Assembly (NCBI GenBank): GCA_963718525.1
Contig: OY970355.1
Span: 2,048,001-2,112,000, forward strand
Reading direction: 5' to 3'
Source of the DNA: Candidatus Dormiibacterota bacterium
GTDB taxonomy: Bacteria; Chloroflexota; Dormibacteria; Aeolococcales; Aeolococcaceae
DNA: 64,000 nucleotides
Position 1 is the first letter of the stretch. Every line of letters begins with the position of its first letter. The notes beneath the pieces were generated by a model. It saw nothing but the letters and a program-made list of their open reading frames with translations, made no database searches and was not told the DNA's origin. This document shows, piece by piece, positions 59,264 to 64,000 of this stretch. The position numbers were made by a program, and so were the translations under genes.

Positions 59264-60737
59264 CGGCGGTGGCCTTCGATGCAGCACTGGCCTCGCCAAC
59301 GGCACCGGCTTGTGGCACGGTCAGCGCCATGAGCGCGCGTACATCGGGCGCATCCCAGGCACCCTCGAGCGCCGTCAGCAATTCGCCGGTCTGTTCGTCA
59401 CCAAGGCTCGGACGGACATTGCCACGGAACTTGCGCCGATGGTCCGCCGGCAGCATGGGATTGAGCCTGGTGCCGCGCTGGGCGGGCACGTCTTCCTCAA
59501 AGACCCGGCCGTCCACCGTCGTCAGGCGTACGCGAGCGGGGAAGGTGTCCGGAAGCATCGATGGATCCGCGTGGCAGAACACACGCGCAGCGAAATCGCG
59601 GATCTCCTGGTTGGCGAGCGTGGTCTCGTTGTAATCGTCGACCTCCACCGAGCCGAGCACCACAAGCATGGCCACGGAGTACTGGAGGCTGAACTTCATG
59701 TGATAGAGCGAGCGAGGGTTCAGCTTTGCGTCTCGAGGTTCGCAGACGAGCGGGATGCAGATCGGCGGCACGTAGCAGTCGATTCGGTCGACATCGCTGG
59801 TGGACAGGCCCTCGCGCTCGAGGATGGCCACGGTGCCGTCCATCGAGGCGTGATTCCACACGCCGTTTGGCCAGGGCTTGTAGGTCGTGTCCGGCAGGAT
59901 CCACCGCACTCCGAGACCGTCCGTGATCTGATCGAACTGGAAGGTCTCCTCGTCACCGTGCAGGAGTGCATTGAAGAACCCGAACTTCCCCTCGATCACC
60001 TCATGCGGGCCGGTGAACCCCTCGGCCGCGAGTTGCGCACACGTGATGCCGCCCTGCACCCCCCAGCCGGGATGGAGCTGCTTGACCCAGCTTCCGTCAA
60101 TCAAGGTCTGCATGAGGCCGGAGGACCTGCTGCCGGCCATCCCGAGCGCATTGGTCGTGGCCTCCTCGTCGAGGTTCATGAGCTTCGCGGCAATCGCAGC
60201 CGCGGCGAACGGGCCGGCGACACCGGTGCCATGGAGTCCACGATGGTGAAACTGGTGTGGGGGAGCCCCTGTGTTGATGCGCAGCGCGAGTTCCGCACCC
60301 GTCGCCATCGCCACGAGGCATTGGGCTCCGGTGGAGCCGGCAGCCTCAGCTGCAGCTAGAGCTGCCGGCACGGCGACGGAGCTGATGTGGACGGCTGCGA
60401 CGCCGTGCATGTCGTCGTAGTCGGCGCCGTGGCCCACAGCACCATTCACCCAACCCGTGAGCGGCGCGGGGAATCGACTCCCGAACACCATGCTGGTGGA
60501 TTCCGGCGTGCCACCTGACTTAATTGCCACTTTGTGGATGATGCCGGCCGATGCCGAGCGTGACCCGGCAATGCACACGCCGACCTGGTCGACGAGTCGC
60601 CAGCGGATATCGTCGGCCACGTCCGCGGGAAGGTCGGTGGCATCGACACCGACCGACCAGCGCGCGAGCTGTTCGGAGATGGTGCTCGTCGGTCGCGGAA
60701 CCCCGTTCGAGGGAGAGGCGTCTTGGCTCACCGGCAA
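59253..60737 (-). CDS. MmgE/PrpD family protein (start uncertain)
   Basis: NGAVGHGADYDDMH, KQLHPG, EGKFG, KPWP and KFSLQY. Confidence 0.88.
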   Translation of the reverse strand: MPVSQDASPSNGVPRPTSTISEQLARWSVGVDATDLPADVADDIRWRLVDQVGVCIAGSRSASAGIIHKVAIKSGGTPESTSMVFGSRFPAPLTGWVNGAVGHGADYDDMHGVAAVHISSVAVPAALAAAEAAGSTGAQCLVAMATGAELALRINTGAPPHQFHHRGLHGTGVAGPFAAAAIAAKLMNLDEEATTNALGMAGSRSSGLMQTLIDGSWVKQLHPGWGVQGGITCAQLAAEGFTGPHEVIEGKFGFFNALLHGDEETFQFDQITDGLGVRWILPDTTYKPWPNGVWNHASMDGTVAILEREGLSTSDVDRIDCYVPPICIPLVCEPRDAKLNPRSLYHMKFSLQYSVAMLVVLGSVEVDDYNETTLANQEIRDFAARVFCHADPSMLPDTFPARVRLTTVDGRVFEEDVPAQRGTRLNPMLPADHRRKFRGNVRPSLGDEQTGELLTALEGAWDAPDVRALMALTVPQAGAVGEASAASKATADGG

Positions 60738-60749
60738 TATATCCTATAT
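60737..60749. promoter_or_regulatory. Conserved AT-rich operator-like motif, copy 2
   Basis: ATATATCCTATAT between the divergent MmgE/PrpD genes. Confidence 0.55.
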
Positions 60750-60872
60750 TAAACGCTGCGGCGATCGCCCCGGGAAGCACCCCGGTCGTACCATGTCCAC
60801 GGCGGCGCGGAGGGAGTTTGCGTGACCCAGGAGTTTATGAGCGCGAGACGACAACGAGTGGAGGACGGCCCT

Positions 60873-62273
60873 GTGACTGATGCCACCGAGCACGCCGCTG
60901 TATTCATCACCGGGACGCGTCTTGCCGACGTGCCACCCACGGTGCTCGCGGCTGCGAAGCATTCCATGCTCGACGGATTCGGTCTCGCCGTCGCAGGATC
61001 GCGGACGGAGGCTGCGCGGATTGCGCGCGACGAGGTGGGCTCGTATCGGTGCGCAGCCGTTGATGCTGCAGCCCTGGGAACGACGCTGCGCGTTCCACCC
61101 CGATTTGCCGCGTTCCTCAATGGTCTGGCGGTTCATGCGGATGACTACGACGACACACAGCTCGCCACCTTGCCCGATCGCGTGTATGGCCTCCTGACGC
61201 ATCCGACGGCTCCCGTGTTGCCGGCGGCGCTTGCGCTCGGGGAGGCGGGTGGACGGACCGGCGCCGACGTGCTCCTCGCCTACGTGGTCGGAGTCGAGGT
61301 CGAAACCAAGGTCTCCGAAGCGATCAACCCGCGTCACTACGACGAGGGCTTCCATTCGACCGGGACCGTCGGCACGATCGGGTCGGGCGCCGCAGCCGCG
61401 TCCATCCTGGGGTTGACGCCCGAACTCACGCGGACCGCGCTGAGCATCGCGGCGTCACAGGCGGCGGGGCTGCGCGAGAACTTCGGCACCATGACCAAGC
61501 CGTTCCACGCGGGCCGTGCGGCGGAGAGCGGTCTGCTCGCCGCGTCGATGGCACAGCGTGGGTTCACTGCGGCGAACAACATCCTCGAGTCGCGACGAGG
61601 CTTCTTCAGCGCCGCCGGCGGAGGGTACGAGCCGTCAGCGTTCACTCCCGGATCGCCCTGGACGTTCGATGCTCCGGGTGTGTCGATCAAGCCACATCCG
61701 TCGGGCTCCCTGACGCATCCGGCGATGTTCGCGCTCATGGAGCTCCTCACCGAGCACGACATTCAAACCGCCGACATCGAGCAGGTGTCCGTCGGGACGA
61801 ACCGGCACATGCCCAACGCGCTGATCCACCATGACCCGCACGATCACCTGGCGGCGAAGTTCAGCATGGAGTTCTGCATGGCCATCCTGTGCATCGAGCG
61901 GCGTGCGGGCCTGGCCGAGTTCACCGATGCGGTCGTGATGCGGCCCGATGTCAAGGACATGATGCGGCGCGTCAGATTCGAGGTCGACCCCGAGGCCGAA
62001 GGCGCCGGTTACAACAACATGACCAGCATCGTGCGGATTCGCCTGCGCAATGGCACGACGCACGAGGGCAGAGCAGCCTTCGGGAAGGGAAGCCCGCAGA
62101 ACCCCATGTCCGAAGCCGAGGTCCGTGCGAAGTTCATGGAGTGCATCGATGCGGGTGGGATCGGCGCCGAGGCGGGATCGCGTGCCGCCGACCTGATCCT
62201 CGACATCGAGCATCAGCGTGACGTCCGACAGGTGATCAGCCTGCTTACCAGCGCTCCGGGCTCAACGCCCTAG
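60873..62273 (+). CDS. MmgE/PrpD family protein
   Basis: GGAGG RBS; HADDYDDT, THPTAP, GFHSTG, NFGTMTKPFHAG, KPHPSG and AKFSME. Confidence 0.9.
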   Translation: MTDATEHAAVFITGTRLADVPPTVLAAAKHSMLDGFGLAVAGSRTEAARIARDEVGSYRCAAVDAAALGTTLRVPPRFAAFLNGLAVHADDYDDTQLATLPDRVYGLLTHPTAPVLPAALALGEAGGRTGADVLLAYVVGVEVETKVSEAINPRHYDEGFHSTGTVGTIGSGAAAASILGLTPELTRTALSIAASQAAGLRENFGTMTKPFHAGRAAESGLLAASMAQRGFTAANNILESRRGFFSAAGGGYEPSAFTPGSPWTFDAPGVSIKPHPSGSLTHPAMFALMELLTEHDIQTADIEQVSVGTNRHMPNALIHHDPHDHLAAKFSMEFCMAILCIERRAGLAEFTDAVVMRPDVKDMMRRVRFEVDPEAEGAGYNNMTSIVRIRLRNGTTHEGRAAFGKGSPQNPMSEAEVRAKFMECIDAGGIGAEAGSRAADLILDIEHQRDVRQVISLLTSAPGSTP

Positions 62274-63018
62274 TCACGTCCGCCGGCGCGGCACCGCTCT
62301 TGATCAGGTTCGTGACGGCCTCCTCGGCGCCCTCGGCAGCCTCGCAGTGGGCGATCACAGCGTCCACGCTTTCGAACGGGACGATGCACACGCCGCTGTC
62401 GTCGGCGGCGATGAGGTCCCCGGGACGCACCTGAGCGCCGCAGATCGCGACCGTGCCGTTGATCTCGACGGCTTCGACTCGATGGCGGCCGGTGATCGGC
62501 GTCCGGCCGCGGCTCCAGACGTGCGGACCCGTGGTGCGTATCGACGCGATGTCGCGCACCCCACCGTCGACGATGCAGCCCGCGATGCCGAGGCGGACAG
62601 CCCAGAGCGCAGAGAGGTTGCCCATCACCGACGTTCCAGCGGCTCCGCCGGCGTCGAACACCGCCACGTCGCCGGCCTGACCGACACCGTAGAGATCACG
62701 GTCGGCGAGCAGCGGGCGGCTGTCGCGCGCGTAGTGCGCGCCGGGAGTGCCGCCGCGGCCCGCGTATCGGATCGTCACGGCAGGTCCGCAGATGCGCTGA
62801 CCCGGTGCCAGCGGAACCAGGACATGGCCAGGAATCGCTGATCCGACGCCGAGCGCATCCAACGCGTCCGACACGGTCGACGTCAGGTCGGTGATCCGGC
62901 TGAATCTGGCGATAACCTCGGGCGCTGGTCGTGCAATGCGCACGGCGCGAATGCGACTCTCGTCGATCAGCCCGAGCAGCCGGTCGCGAACTGCATCCAA
63001 CTCTTCAGGAGTTGCCAT
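62245..63018 (-). CDS. RraA family / HMG-aldolase-like protein
   Basis: STVSDALD, CGPAVTI, MGNLSA, VDGGVRD and PGDLIAADDSGV. Confidence 0.85.
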   Translation of the reverse strand: MATPEELDAVRDRLLGLIDESRIRAVRIARPAPEVIARFSRITDLTSTVSDALDALGVGSAIPGHVLVPLAPGQRICGPAVTIRYAGRGGTPGAHYARDSRPLLADRDLYGVGQAGDVAVFDAGGAAGTSVMGNLSALWAVRLGIAGCIVDGGVRDIASIRTTGPHVWSRGRTPITGRHRVEAVEINGTVAICGAQVRPGDLIAADDSGVCIVPFESVDAVIAHCEAAEGAEEAVTNLIKSGAAPADVTRALSPERW

Positions 63019-64000
63019 TCAGACCCCGATGTGTTGACGGCGCTGCGGCTGTGCACGCCGATGTCAGCAGTTCGAGGGCGGTGATGTCCGGCGCCGTGGG
63101 CATCCCCATGACCTCATCGAGAAGACGCTGCACCGAGTTGTCATCATATTCGCCGGAAACGTTGTCGCGGAATTTCGCGATCACGTCGTCGCGTGTCAGC
63201 GGTGCGGAGCGGCTTCCGCGTGGTGCCTCGACGGTGATCGCGCGCTCACGTCCGTCCGCCAGCAGCAGGCTGATGCCCGCGGCCAGCGGCGGTGCCGCCG
63301 GGTCGGTACGCACATGCACCTTGCTCACCCACGTCTCGAACGACCCCGCGTCGTCGACCAGACGCTGCTGCGTCGCGACGCTGAAGGTATCGACGTTCAC
63401 CCGTCCATCCGTGAGTGCGGCGAGCGCGCAGTAACGAAGACTGAACTTGGCATTCTCGGCGCCGAGCGAGGTCTTGTCAGCGATCTGCGCCGCCAGCGGA
63501 TGCACTTCAACGCTCATGCGCGCGACGTCGGCAGCCCCGAGGAGATCCAATGACCCGTGCAGCGAGAGTGTTGCGTCGATGGTGGAGTGGGTCAGGAAGC
63601 ACGACGGATATGGCTTGATGGCGACGAGTTCAGCGGCTCCGGCGCATTCGTCGCCCCAGCGCACCGTCGTCGGTGCATCGACTCCGAGCCAGAGAGCCAG
63701 CACTCCGTGATCGCCGAAGGCCGCACCGTGCGGCGCGTTCAATCCGGCCGCCACGAACGTTGCGGCGCGGACGCCGATCTCTGACGCTCGCGCCGCCTGG
63801 AGGGGCTTGCCGTCACTGCCGAACGCTGCCCCAAGGCCGGCTGCGAGTAACGCCGCAACTTCCACGGCGTCGGCGGTCATCTCAGCGTCATGGGTCAGCA
63901 GCCAGCCGCAGGCGGCACCCGACCCGAGGCTGCCGAGGATTGCAGTGGAATGTGCTCCGGCGGTGTTGAGGGCCGGACCGCAGGCCGATGCGAAGTCGAT
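63005..64000 (-). CDS. MmgE/PrpD family protein (5' end outside the window)
   Basis: Frame open to the edge (GAHSTAILG); KPLQAA, KPYPSCFLTH, AKFSLRY and PRGS..PL...KF. Confidence 0.85.
   Translation of the reverse strand: MDFASACGPALNTAGAHSTAILGSLGSGAACGWLLTHDAEMTADAVEVAALLAAGLGAAFGSDGKPLQAARASEIGVRAATFVAAGLNAPHGAAFGDHGVLALWLGVDAPTTVRWGDECAGAAELVAIKPYPSCFLTHSTIDATLSLHGSLDLLGAADVARMSVEVHPLAAQIADKTSLGAENAKFSLRYCALAALTDGRVNVDTFSVATQQRLVDDAGSFETWVSKVHVRTDPAAPPLAAGISLLLADGRERAITVEAPRGSRSAPLTRDDVIAKFRDNVSGEYDDNSVQRLLDEVMGMPTAPDITALELLTSACTAAAPSTHRGLNGNS

Noticed and set aside
53760-62273. Canonical prpBCD methylcitrate operon
   Set aside because: The citrate synthase looks GltA-type and is transcribed separately, the MmgE proteins lack the PrpD FPAEFH motif, and no prpE or prpF is in the window.

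Overview
High-GC bacterial chromosome segment; the gene content suggests a soil Actinomycetota- or Dormibacterota-like organism, which is inference only. Five blocks, left to right. (1) 1-5.9 kb: core-like genes (ferredoxin-domain oxidoreductase end, tadA, phytoene-dehydrogenase-like oxidoreductase, ABC exporter, lipoprotein) and two divergent tRNA-Ser genes. (2) About 5.9-28 kb: a decayed accessory region starting right after tRNA-Ser(GGA). It holds IS110, IS481 and tyrosine-integrase remnants, several pseudogenes (Crp, CoA-transferase, TadE, FG-GAP, PAS/EAL), two perfect CRP boxes, an intact SipW plus two TasA/CalY-like fibre-subunit operon, and a GGDEF cyclase. (3) 28-38.8 kb: CsoR/permease, COG4280 membrane protein, aldo-keto reductase with a UrtR-type MarR, CCAEP-tail B12 radical SAM, cyclase, secreted phosphatase-like protein and a VOC protein. 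(4) 38.9-48.9 kb: LacI-controlled Opp-family sugar ABC transporter plus GH3 beta-glucosidase. (5) 49-64 kb: an unusual organic-acid cluster with citrate synthase, PrpB, three beta-decarboxylating dehydrogenases, three non-canonical MmgE/PrpD proteins, an RraA/HMG aldolase, a DUF6282-like hydrolase, a CHR transporter pair and a LeuA-like protein that has lost its metal ligands; two of its promoters share a motif. Blocks 5 and the SipW locus are the best candidates for an undescribed system. Several single-base frameshifts look like sequencing errors. All family calls come from recognising motifs by eye; no searches were run.
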